A stretch of 64,000 nt of DNA from Octopus sinensis (Eukaryota), in assembly GCF_006345805.1 (NCBI RefSeq), contig NC_043001.1:106516001-106580000 (forward strand). The letters run 5' to 3'. The number at the start of each line of letters is the position of its first letter. Position 1 is the first letter of the stretch. The notes beneath the pieces were generated by a model. The model did not search any database. It was not told where the DNA came from and worked only from the letters and a program-made list of their open reading frames with translations. Of this stretch, positions 52,295-64,000 are shown piece by piece. The position numbers and the translations under genes are program-made.

Positions 52295-53290
52295 GTAAAT
52301 GGATGAATGAATTATCCTTTGTTGACAGTTAACACGGAAAATTCAATAAACAGTTACCAGGGTAGCAAAATTCACGCAAGTAGCAAGGATGTAGCGACCT
52401 ATTCAAAGGTAGAAACTCCGGGTTAATGTGCAATAATTTGTATAGTATAAGTAAATAAATGGAGTTGGACGCAGATGTTATTCAAATTCTTTTACTTTCG
52501 ACATATGTTTCGAAGACAACATTGGTTTTATTCCAAAGGAATAAACGGCGTAAAATAATGTGATCTTCTCATCAGGAAAGAAAGGGAACGTATCTCAACA
52601 ACAAGACATTATAACAATTTTGATGACTGCATAAATGATAAACAGAACGCTATCAAGTATTTTTTAAAAAACCGTTAGTAGATCTGACGTCAAAGGCAGA
52701 CCCTAGGAAGAGAAGGGGTAAAGAAGTAATAAGTAGAGAACAAATAAAGAGGGATATATTGGTTGAAAAAATGTTCAAAGGCTTGGAAGTAGATTTCTCT
52801 ATTGAAGTAAAGTGCAAGGTGAACTAAATGTTCAAACTATACAGACTGGTATAAATCACTTATATGGGTATGTTTCTGGTATAAATCACTTATAAAGGTA
52901 TGTTTCTGCTAGTGCTTACATTTGTAAGATCGATCTATAAGAGTGTTAATAAGGTGATTCTTAGAGAAAAGAATATGGAAGAGTTCAGAGTTGCAAATGT
53001 TACAAAATTATTTTGCCCATATCGTAAGAGAAAGAGATGGACAGGATGAATCAATCTAAATTAAAATCCTTATAGTTGTCTTTAAGATACCAAACCAATT
53101 TCCTAAGCCCTGTGCTATTACGTTCACTGCTATCCCTAAATGAAGAATATTTAGAGATAGCAGTAGACGTAAGGAACAAAGAAAACTAAAGAGTCACGTG
53201 TTGCTTTGAATATTTTGTATAGAAAAAAGTTTTAGTGTATACATTTTTCAGTTTTGGAGTGAAAACAGAATTTTTGCTAGTATAGGGGAA
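52295..53290 (-). mobile_element. Old PLE 3' remnant (EN C-terminus + 3' UTR with hammerhead)
   Basis: Broken translation IFKAT..., SSFRDSSERNSTGLRKLVWYLKDN.KDFNLD*, ..CNICNSELFHILFSKNHLINTLIDRSYKCKH* resembles PLE GIY-YIG C-termini; ends at (TA)n. Confidence 0.65.
52495..52580 (-). ncRNA. Type I hammerhead ribozyme with canonical core
   Basis: CUUUC-CUGAUGA-GAAGA...UCUUC-GAAACAUAUGUC^GAAAG. Stems I and II are perfect 5 bp, stem II extends to an 8-bp TTTATTCC/GGAATAAA hairpin, palindromic ACAUAUGU helix III, GUC triplet; cut between 52500 and 52499. Confidence 0.85.
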
Positions 53291-53369
53291 AAATTCGCAT
53301 TGTGCTAACTTGGATCCTGTTTCGCCAATTTTAGCTGAAGAAAGATTTTATTCTCTTTTTTTTTTTCTC

Positions 53370-53705
53370 TTTTACTTGTTTCAGTCATTTGACTGCGGCC
53401 ATGCTGGAGCACCGCCTTTAGTCGAGCAAATCGACCCCGGGACTTATTCTTTGTAAGCCCAGTACTTGTTCTATCGGTCTCTTTTGCCGAATCGCTAAGT
53501 GACGGGGACGTAAACACACCAGCATCGGTTGTCAAGCAATGTTAGGGAGACAAACACAAACGCACAAACACATACACACACATACATATACATATATATA
53601 CATATATACGACAGGCTTCTTTCAGTTTCCGTCTACCAAATCCACTCACAAGGCATTGGTCGGTCCGGGGCTATAGCAGAAGACACTTGCCCAAGATGCC
53701 ACGCA
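53370..53705 (-). mobile_element. 5'-truncated young family-B SINE
   Basis: Close match to the 5.8k and 14.8k copies. Confidence 0.85.
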
Positions 53706-54053
53706 ATTTTTCTTTATTTTTTTCCATGAATGTTTTTGCCCGTGAATATTTATGTGTATATGTACACAGGAGTACCCGTGGAGATATGGGATATACGTAA
53801 ATGCGTATACACGAATATACTCTGCAGCTTTTATTGGAACGGGGGTAGAATGCTGAAGATTTCAAATTTAGTGCATTTAGTCAAGGACCATCAATCTTAA
53901 GGAATTTGTCCTCTTTAGGCTGTGTAATAGAACCGGATTTACAGACCTTAAACTGCATCAGAAGTAAAATAACTGAATCTCGAATCGTAACCAAATTGCA
54001 AATTTGACCAGCTAAAGTCATGTGTAACGCAAGCAAACACATACAGAGATATC

Positions 54054-54095
<42 letters not shown>

Positions 54096-54677
54096 TGAGA
54101 GAGAGAGAGAACGAAAGAAAGACACACACATTCAAGTATGTGTGCAAATATTCCTGTGAGAGTGCTTCTATTGATGGTGATCTGGTATGAATCTCTGTTG
54201 GTGAGTGTATTTCTGTCTACGCATCTAAACGATAATGTCAAAATAATACAAAACAAATAATACATTAATGACTTAATGGCTAATTTATTTTCTGTTTAAA
54301 CCTTGGTGGGTTTTTTTTTCTTGCCGATATTATTCCTCGGTGAACAGGAGATTTTCTATAAAGCTTTCAAAATTAATATCAATTTACATTAATCATCAGT
54401 CTGAGCTTCTCCAGTAGACATATCTGAAGGTCAGCCCTAATGTGGATTTAAAATTTTGTAAATGATGGAATCTGGTAACAAAATGTGTATCGTATTGTGT
54501 TCTGTGAATTAATAATGTATTGTTAAGAAAACGTCTTTATGTCTTCATATAGTCTCCTGATCAATGTAAATCGTTCTAATGTTTGGTTTCGCACCTCGAT
54601 ATCGTGCAGTAGTTTTAACGGGGCTTCTTCCTGTCCAAGAATATTTTGCTTTGGCGGAATTTACTCTAATATATGTA

Positions 54678-55050
54678 TTTCTTTATTGCACACAAGGCGC
54701 TAAACATAGAGGGGACAAACAAGGACAAAAAACCGGATTAAGTCGATTACAGTGCGAAACTGGTACTTTATTTATCGACCCCGAAAGGATGAAAGGCAAA
54801 GTTGAACTCAGAACATAACGGCAGACGAAATACCTATTTCTTTATTACCCACAAGGGGCTAAACAAGGACAGACAAACGGATTAAGTCGATTATATCGAG
54901 CCCAGTGCGTAACTGGTATTTATTTAATCAACCCTGAAAAGATGAAAGGCAAAGTAGACCTCGGCGGAATTTGAACTCACAACGCAACGACAGACGAAAT
55001 ACGGCTACGCATTTCGCCCGGCGTGCTAACGATTCTGCCAGCTCGCCACC
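54678..55050 (-). mobile_element. Family-C SINE with two modules
   Basis: Same GAAATACCTATTTCTTTATT junction as at 25.7k. Confidence 0.8.
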
Positions 55051-56289
55051 CTATTTAGTCTAATATATGTTTGTTAAATAAGCAATAGTCATGTCAGCCA
55101 ATCGCTTTATTCTCCATCAATCTGTGTTTTATGTCACGCCGTCAATCCTCTTTTATCATTGTGCAGCTAGCTATATTTCAACGTCCACTTTTACGTTCAA
55201 ATACATTGTTGAAAGAAAGTAGGTAGACAATTGAATACTAGCAGAACACGACTTGAAATGTCTTCAGTAAAATTTCCAGAGCTCATCATAGCTTATAAAG
55301 CTAAAATAAAATAATTTTCCTATCAACAAAAGGAAATGTATAACTCGAACAAAACTTCTCGCTTAGCTGTCAGAGATAAATTAAAGTTTCTGATGTAGTC
55401 ATTTCAGGATTATATAAATCTATTCTATATTGTCGTAAACCTAGTGCATTATACCCGTACCGAAGGTGGGGGACGACGTATCTCTTAAGCGGTTAATGCT
55501 ATGGAAACTGAGATTGTAATAATATGGTATATATTGATCTGAAAACGTATAAATAAATACTTGAATGAAATCAGTAAGGTACCTTGCCGGAAGATGAATG
55601 TTTATAATATTATCTTTTGACATCCCAGGTCTAGTTTAGGCTAACCCAATAACAGTTTACAATTGTTCAGGCGTCACATGTGTAGTGTTTCTCAGTTATT
55701 TACGAGTTATTTTAGTCCATCCACGGTGGACGTAATAGCTTATACCGAACTCTAGCACTAAATCGTAAAACTAAAATTCCATTAATTTCCAATTGCTTCG
55801 GTTTCTGCAGCCAAATTGCACTTCAAAAGATCATATTTCACCAGAAATACTGACATAGATGAAGATAACTCCTTGCCATTAGCAATGTTTTGCATTCAAC
55901 AACTTTTCAAATGTGGGCTGAGGAAATGGTTTTAATTTCAATAAGAAAGTTTTCTGAGAGTTTTTTTTTTTTTTTGTCCTTTTAGGCTTAAATTAAAAAG
56001 TTGCTAAAGCCAAATCATTAATGGCTTTTTTTAGATTTCTATCGCTGATTTTTTTTTTTATTTACTGATACAAATCTAGGTCGTGATGGATAATTGAATT
56101 TTGTTTGAAAGATGAATTTTAAAGATAATCCATGAGAGATTAGTCCTGACATTCCTATACTGTTTTTTTTTTTAAATTACTTGGGATATTTTTAACCATT
56201 CTTTTGTAAAGTAAACATATTTTCCTTACTTTCTGTTAGTATAAACAGTGTTAAAACACATTTTAAAACAGGGATATTTTTCATCATTA

Positions 56290-56640
56290 TCTGCAGTCAG
56301 CTGTCGCGACTGTGACTGTTCATGGCTGTTTTGGCATAACTTGGTAAGTTTTCTCCATACTGGTCGGTTTTTCACTTGGGTTTGCCATTTATTATGACCA
56401 ATTCCTTTCCACGTCTGGTTCCTTTTTGCAGTATATTTGAATCTCATTCTGGGTCTTCCATGGTTTCTTTTCTCCTTGCATTGTTGGGAATAAGAGATTT
56501 TCCTGAGGAGTCTGTTGTTGTATATCCTGTGTATGTGACCCAACCAACGTAAGTTTCTATCAACAAAGATTTCCATCACAGGAGGCAGACAAGAACACCG
56601 TAAGGTCTCTTTATTTCTCATAAGGGATTCTATACGAAAT
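56290..56640 (-). pseudogene. RTE-clade LINE 3' remnant
   Basis: RNLRWLGHIHRI.NNRL.RKI.YSQ....KRNHGRPR.RFK.TAKRN.......KWQT...NRPVWR. Confidence 0.8.
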
Positions 56641-58144
56641 TTAATCTGAGATCGTATGGATACTCAGGAATAAAACGTCTTATGAAAATAGTTAAGTAAA
56701 CCTTTAGAAATTCTGTGAATGCCCACTGTAGAGATGAAGATGGTAAATCGGAAGTTTATATTGTCAATAGCAACAACGCTTTGCAGTAGAGAATCAATAA
56801 GTAAATTAGCAATATTGCACTGTTTTGTAATTAGCATATTAGAATTGTTTTCATAATAATTAACTCGGACACGTTAATTAAATGTTATATATCAGTGCAC
56901 TGTTTCCCATCAAAACTAGAGCCATTCGGTCTTATCGCTGCGTAAGTAGATACCAGGATAAAATAAAAGGTTTGTTTTTTGTTTTTTTTCTTTTTAAGAA
57001 AGTTCAATTCGCTCGTCTGAGACTCCACAAGTCATACCGTTTGTATAATATTAACCACTGCTTTCTTCAAGGAACTACGTGTTATTCAGATTAGAAACTG
57101 AAGCCACGATTTTGCTATCGTGAGTCCATCACCCTAACCATTAGGCTACTCGTTTCAAATTTAGAAAGTATATCGAGGATGCTTTCGGAACACAAAGGAA
57201 GCTGATATATTAACACTGTTGTAAAATACTATAGATTTCTGCTATTCTCTTTTCAGCTTGAAAGAAGGCGTCTTGCCTGAGAAAAGAATCAGCCTTGGTC
57301 ACAAGGGGATATCGTTGGTTGTTCACAACAATATATCTTTCCGTGCTACCTGCAGTTTGTTGTTATTGAGTCCCAGATCATCTCTGATCCAGAAGATCGA
57401 TGACACAGAGAAATAACTTATTGATAGATGTGAACTCGATCCGAATATGATAGCTGCTGTTTTTCTACATTTATCATTGCAGAATATCTGAGGTTGGCTC
57501 ATCAATAATCATATTTTAACTTAGATTGAGAAGCAGCTAAGTGAGAATTCTCAAGAGTATTCTGTTATTCTGTTTGTTCTTTTTTTTTTCTTTTTGCCAT
57601 CACACTTCCCCTCTCTTTTTCTTTCTCTTTTTCTGTGTCTCTTTTGTTATGCTTTCTGGAGAAGCAACAACAGAATGCTTACAGCAAAAATCCGTACCTT
57701 CTCCAAGATATTTTTTATGGCTACGAAGAAAGAGAAATTGAAATATTTCCTTTTCAAATTGTCTTTTACCATGTAATTTTTGTGCTGTTTTTTTTAATAT
57801 TTCCTTCACAAATTGTCTTACATCATCTATTTTTGTTGTTTACTTTATCATTCCTTGTTTGTTTCTGTTTTTCTTTATAATATTAATGAATGTATTCAAT
57901 ATGTTTCTTTCGATAGAAAACTGACAATGATAACAAATATGAAATTATATTCAAAAATATTTAATTAAATTTTCCAGCGGTTTAGATTCCATCTGCAAGT
58001 GACACTGACAACGTGTACAAAATATTTTTCAATCGATGCCAAAATTCTATTCGAGTACGTTTACAGCTTAACAGAAGTGTAATTAAAATATATGGGATAT
58101 AACTGCCAGTACGACTAATGGTACTGTGGCGGCGAAAAATATAT

Positions 58145-58720
58145 TGCATATGGCCAATAATGGTTTCAAATTTTGGCGCAGGGCCAGTAATTTCGAGGAA
58201 TAGGAGGGGTTAGTTGATTAAGTCGACCTCAGTGTTCTTCCGGTACTTATTTTATCGAAGTCGAAAGGATGGAAGGCAAAGCCGACCCCGGTAGAATTTG
58301 AACTGAGAACCTAAAAACAGATGAGATGCCACAAACATTTTCCAGGCTAGCAATCGACTCTACCAGCTCGTTGCCTTGCATACGTTTTATAATGGTTTTA
58401 AATTTTAACTCAAGTCCATCAAGTTCGAGGTAAGGTGGTAAGTCGATTACATCGACCTCGGCGCTGAACTGGTACTTAATTTATCGACCCCGAAAGGGTG
58501 AAAGGTATAGCTGGAAGGTTAAGACAGACGAAATGCCGCGAAGCATTTTGCTGACGATTCTGCCAGCCTGTCGCCTTGCAATACGGTAAATAATCTTTTC
58601 TGCTCTAAGCACAAGGCCTGAAATTTTGGGGGAAGGGGCTAGTCGATTAGATCGACCCAAGTACGCAACCAGTACCTAATTTATCGGCCCCGAAAGGATG
58701 AAATGTAAGATCGAAGCGAT
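58145..58720 (-). mobile_element. Three adjacent degenerate family-C SINE pieces
   Basis: Repeated GTCGA..TCGACC..AG..CTGGTACTTA.TTTATCG.CCCCGAAAGG blocks. Confidence 0.7.
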
Positions 58721-58909
58721 GATATTGATTTCGTTTGCATAAGATACAAAACAATATATCTTTAAATTAGAAGAATCTAAAATAGTGACTTATTATCTAT
58801 CTCGCTGAGAAGCATCGGGGAATTAAAGGGTAGGAAAATCACTTTCAACCTGAGATTCAAATTGGTACCTAGTCTTTTCATAAGATAAACAATTGGTTTG
58901 TGGAATATA

Positions 58910-59884
58910 CAGGGTGCGGCAGAAATAAAGCCCTTTTTATTTACTAATTTTTTTTATTGTACAAAAATCTATTACAGTAGTTAAAGAAATGAAAAAGAAA
59001 CAATTAATGAAAATAAATTGCAGTAGTTTCGAGAAATTTACTAAGTAATGCTCCATCAAAATAACGTAATTCATTATGATTAAAAACTTAATTAACATGT
59101 TCAAAACGCTCTCTTTCGTTTTCAGTACAATGCTGAACCCCACCAGCAACACTTCTTCAAGCCTTTTGACACATTTCCCCGCTAATTGCAGAAAATTTAT
59201 CACAAATTGCTTCTTTTAATTCATGAATTGTTTTCGGTTTCAGGGAATAAATAAGATCTTTCAATACACCCACAAGGAAAATGTCAGGTGGTGTTAGGTC
59301 TGATGATGGCGATGACCACTCAATTGCTCCACGTTGTCCTATTCATCTCACCTTAAAATTAAGATTTAACCATTCCTGAACGTTTGACCTGTAGTGAGAT
59401 GAATGTAGAAAACTATACAAATTAAGGCGGCGAGCTGGCAGAAACTTTGGCACGCCGGGCAAAATGCTTAGCAGTATTTCGTCTGCTGCTACGTTCTAAG
59501 TTCAAATTCCGCCGAGGTCGACTTTGCTTTTTATCCTTTCCGGATCGATAAATTAAGTACCAGTTACGCACTGGGGTCGATGTAATCGACTTAATCCGTT
59601 TGTATGTCCTTGTTTGTCCTCTCTGTGTTTAGCCCCTTGTGGGTAGTAAAGAAATAGGTATTTCGTCTGCCGCTACGTTCTGAGTTCAAATTCCGCTGAG
59701 GTCGACTTTGCCTTTCATCCTTTCGGGGTCGATTAAATAAGTACCAGTTACGCACTGGGGTCGATATAATCGACTTAATCCGTTTGTTTGTTCTCTCTGT
59801 GTTTAGCCCCTTGTGGGTAGTAACGAAATACAAAACTATACAAATTATACAAATAAGAAAGGGCATAACTTCTGCCGCACCCTG
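58910..59884 (-). mobile_element. Internally deleted Tc1/mariner-superfamily element interrupted by a SINE
   Basis: ~27-bp TIRs CAGGGTGCGGCAGAA.T.A.GCCCTTT with TA on both sides; minus strand WIGQRGAIEWS..SSDLTPPD..L.G.LKD.IYS.KP.TI.ELKEAI...C....RERFEH. Confidence 0.85.
59424..59831 (+). mobile_element. Young two-module family-C SINE
   Basis: 15-16-bp TSD AAAACTATACAAATT (59409-59423 / 59832-59846). Confidence 0.9.
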
Positions 59885-61544
59885 TATGTTACCTCTAACT
59901 TGCAATAATTGTTTCATGTTCTCAGTTTGAAAGCTTCATATTAAAATGCTTTATTAACAAGAAACAAGCGCTTAATTAGCTCACATCAGTTCTTGTTCGC
60001 GACTGAAAGTCCAGAAACTTGAAATATTCAACATAATCCATGTCACAGTAATATTCGAGCATGTCAAATCTATGTGCGCGATTTAAGTACGCAATTAGGC
60101 CACATGGCTACAATTCTCTATGTATGTCATGTGCGTTATTTTAGTGGCGTTGATTCGGTTGGTTTGGTTGGCTTGGCTGATAAAATGGTTTTGACAAAAT
60201 ACTATAAAATGACGTTTACAAAAGAAATATATCGATTTCATTTCTAATTGTTTTCAGGAATAAAATAACATTATATTTCAGACAACACATTAATATATTT
60301 TGCGTAAATAACTCTTTTTGGCTGACGTTTAAAGCATATTGTGGTCTAAAGAATTGCCGTGTCAATGAAGAAATAGCAGCATTTGTTTACGCCATTGTCG
60401 TTAATGACCTAGGAAAAGATATAGCTTACCACATCCCATAAAAATATCAAGTTTCATTTGTATATAACAAAGAATGTCTCAAAGTAGAGAAGCATCGCTA
60501 AATCAATCGTGAAGCAATGTTTACGTAATGATTTCTTATCTCGGCACACGGCCAAACGTTTAGAAGGAGAATAATATAACCGATTGAAACAACTCCAAAA
60601 TATATATTGTATTTATTTCACTGATGTTGAAGGAGAGAGGGATGTCAAAGTCACCCCTGATTTAACCGAAATTTTGAATATAAAGGGAAATACAAATCCT
60701 GCTATGCGTACTACTATGCCTGTCCACTCCACTGCCCTCTCCATGTGACTTTTTATCAACACCACCACATCACACTGTAACGGTACTTCACTTCGGTAAT
60801 CTAAAGCTGATGCGAAGTAGGTGCTTCTACACTGTTTAACGCTGTATATGAAACTCACTTCAAAACGAGTTCATTGCCACCTTCTTATTAACTGTTACGT
60901 ATCTGAACGAAGAATTGATTACTGTTACGAGAAGATAAGATCAGCACAGAAAGAGATAAATATCGTTTAATGAACAGAGTATGAAGGTACGGACTACAAA
61001 TAGTTTCTTGCCGTGAGGGCACGTTTCCAGGCATCCTTTTATAACATACCCAGACACAGATCTGCCCAGAAACGTGTCTCCAGAGCAAAAAAAAAAGCTA
61101 TTTGTAGAAATGACGATTAAAGATATTGAAAACCGTAACATTAATTATTATTTGTGTGTACTTGAACAGTCTACCTTCGTTCCCTCCCCACCCCACCCCG
61201 CCAAAAGATAGTCCATCTCAGAAATTCAAATCAGATGCAAATACGTTCGATGGACTGTAACAGCAGATGTAATGACTAGATTTGTGACTAACGGCATATG
61301 AGTTGATTCGGTCGGTTAAAAGTTAACTGAATCTCGGCATCGGCGAACAGTTTGCTTGCTGTTGCTGCTGCTGTTGAACGAAGCGGTCTTCGTCCCAGTG
61401 TGAGAAGTCCGAAACGTGGTCCTTTGCTATTCGTAAGACCGGCAGAAGAGAAAGCAGGTCAACCCCCGACACCGAGAGCATCGACGGATGGATGAATGCG
61501 CATCCAGGTTCAGCGGTTGCGTAGGAAGTCGGGGACAAGAAACA

Positions 61545-61733
61545 GGAAAAAAGAGTGAGAGAACGTTGGAGCGAAAGAGTACAACAGGGGTCCCCACCAC
61601 CCCCTGCCGGAGCCTCGTGGAGCTTTAAGTGTTTTCGCTCAATAAACACACACAACTCCCAGTTTGGGAATCGGAACCGCGATCCTCCGACCGCGAGTCC
61701 GCTGCCCTAACCACTGGGCCATTGCGCCTCCAC
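61545..61733 (-). mobile_element. SINE head (49k-type), 3'-truncated
   Basis: GTGGAGGCGCAATGGCCCAGTGGTTAGGGCAGCGGACTCGCGG...TTATTGAGCGAAAACAC. Confidence 0.85.
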
Positions 61734-61914
61734 TTGCGGTTGCTGCTTTGGCTGTATTTGCTACATCTGCCTTGGAAAGCGAGGTGCATCATATATCAAG
61801 GCCCTTCATCTTCATCCCTGCGCATGAAAGAGAAAAGAAACGTTTGTCAAGACTTGAAAGTTCAAAGCTTAAATAATTGCACCACTGCCATTGTGGCAAT
61901 CGACTATAACAGTA

Positions 61915-61966
61915 ACACAAGGATCCGATATGTCAGCAAAGTGGGCAAGGACTTTCTCTTCCCCCT

Positions 61967-62022
<56 letters not shown>

Positions 62023-62774
62023 AACAACAGGATTAAGAAAAACACAGCAGCAGCAGCAATGATAGCAGGGATGACAGTCTTCTCCTGGAAGAGGAGGAGG
62101 AATTTCTATCATTGAAAGTTCAAAGTTCAAAAACTTGCACCATTCTAACGGCACAAAAGAGAGTAGCAGTAGAACAATAACAACAACATGAAAACAGTAA
62201 CAACAACAGCAATATAGTTACTAAAAAGAACAGCAGCAGCGGCAGCAGTAGTAGCAGCAATAGCAGCAACGGCTGTGACGGCAGCAATAGCAGCAACGGC
62301 TGTGACGATAGCAATAGTAGCAGAGAGCAGGGGCAGCAATAGCAACAAGGAAGAAGGGTAACAGTAAGAGTACTAGCAACGCTTTATCCACAACAACAAC
62401 AGCAATTACACCAACAGCAATTACACCAACAGCAATTACACCAACAGCAACGAAAGGAAAACACACAAACGCAACAGCGAACGTACCTGAGCGTCGACGA
62501 GAGTCATCTAGCTGGTCTGTTCTGGAAGGTAGTCTGACCGGGCAGTGCTACCGGAAGAGGGGACATTGCCGATTCGGGATAAACTCTACAGGTATCGTTG
62601 TGCAGTCAGCAGGGCCATCTTGAGATGTGTGCAGCGTGACAAAACTATTCTAGAGGTACTCTCGGACAGTACTCGAGCATTACTGAATTGTGAAGTAAAT
62701 ACGTGGTAACTCCATCACGACACACAAGGATCCGACATGTCAGCAAAGTGGGCAAGGACTTTCTCTATCCCCCT

Positions 62775-62826
<52 letters not shown>

Positions 62827-63585
62827 AACAACAGGATTAAGAAAAACACAGCAGCAGCAGCAATGATAGCAGGGATGACAGTCTTCTCCTGGAAGAGGAG
62901 GAGGAATTTCTATCATTGAAAGTTCAAAGTTCAAAAACTTGCACCATTCTAACGGCACAAAAGAGAGTAGCAGTAGAACAATAACAACAACATGAAAACA
63001 GTAACAACAACAGCAATATAGTTACTAAAAAGAACAGCAGCAGCGGCAGCAGTAGTAGCAGCAATAGCAGCAACGGCTGTGACGGCAGCAATAGCAGCAA
63101 CGGCTGTGACGATAGCAATAGTAGCAGAGAGCAGGGGCAGCAATAGCAACAAGGAAGAAGGGTAACAGTAAGAGTACTAGCAACGCTTTATCCACAACAA
63201 CAACAGCAATTACACCAACAGCAATTACACCAACAGCAATTACACCAACAGCAACGAAAGGAAAACACACAAACGCAACAGCGAACGTACCTGAGCGTCG
63301 ACGAGAGTCATCTAGCTGGTCTGTTCTGGAAGGTAGTCTGACCGGGCAGTGCTACCGGAAGAGGGGACATTGCCGATTCGGGATAAACTCTACAGGTATC
63401 GTTGTGCAGTCAGCAGGGCCATCTTGAGATGTGTGCAGCGTGACAAAACTATTCTAGAGGTACTCTCGGACAGTACTCGAGCATTACTGAATTGTGAAGT
63501 AAATACGTGGTAACTCCATTACGACACACAAGGATCCGACATGTCAGCAAAGTGGGCAAGGACTTTCTCTATCCCCCTTATTCTC

Positions 63586-63600
<15 letters not shown>
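61915..63600. repeat. Tandem duplication, ~804-807-bp period (2 full units + partial third)
   Basis: ACACAAGGATCCGA at 61915, 62722 and 63526; units near-identical apart from (CT)n length. Confidence 0.95.
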
Positions 63601-63646
<46 letters not shown>

Positions 63647-64000
63647 CTCTCTCTCTTTCTTTCTCTCTCTCTCTCTCTTTCTCTTTTTCTCATTCTTTAA
63701 AGTTTTGTTATGGAGACTTAAACACGAAATATCAAAATTAATTATATATTTCTTCGGAATAAGTGAAATATCTTTGTTGTAAACATTTTTGTCACAGCAT
63801 CACATTTATGTATTTTCTTTAAAATGGAAAGGTGCAGAAAGGGTTTTATACCTTGTGGAAGGAAAATGAATACATAGATGTTTCATGTGAAATCAAAAGA
63901 AATTTCTATAAAGTGTCTTCCGCGTAGTGACAAGGAATGTATGTACAGGATTTGTGCCGAAAGAAATTATAATCAACAGTTGTGTAGTTAACCTCAGCTG

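Noticed and set aside
61375-61426. GAAACGTGGTC preceded by a stem
   Set aside because: No CUGANGA and no stem I partner.
62320-62625. ~100-codon open frame in the duplicated unit
   Set aside because: No ATG, weak splice signals, largely low-complexity.

Overview
AT-rich, microsatellite-dense animal DNA whose repeat profile resembles a cephalopod (Octopus-like) genome; the taxon is an inference. No host protein-coding gene can be supported, and most short ORFs in the track are microsatellite translations. Recognisable content: many tRNA-derived SINEs of at least 3 families, L1/Tx1 and RTE LINE remnants, two Tc1/mariner remnants, a duplicated Helitron helicase fragment, and several Penelope-like elements (PLEs). 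One PLE is young, with an uninterrupted RT + GIY-YIG ORF and a 455-bp inverted arm (44025-46573). Reading by hand found five hammerhead ribozyme (HHR) folds: 9.2k, 19.1k and 52.5k are well formed; 27.9k and 43.5k are decayed. The most unusual observation is a PLE family whose endonuclease stop codon is followed about 20 nt later by a tRNA-like Pol III promoter, a microsatellite and a hammerhead (27.8-28.6k). The same tRNA+HHR cassette also occurs alone as a TSD-flanked SINE-like insertion with a PLE-type inverted arm (9.1-9.5k). All alignments and folds were done by eye and need computational confirmation.
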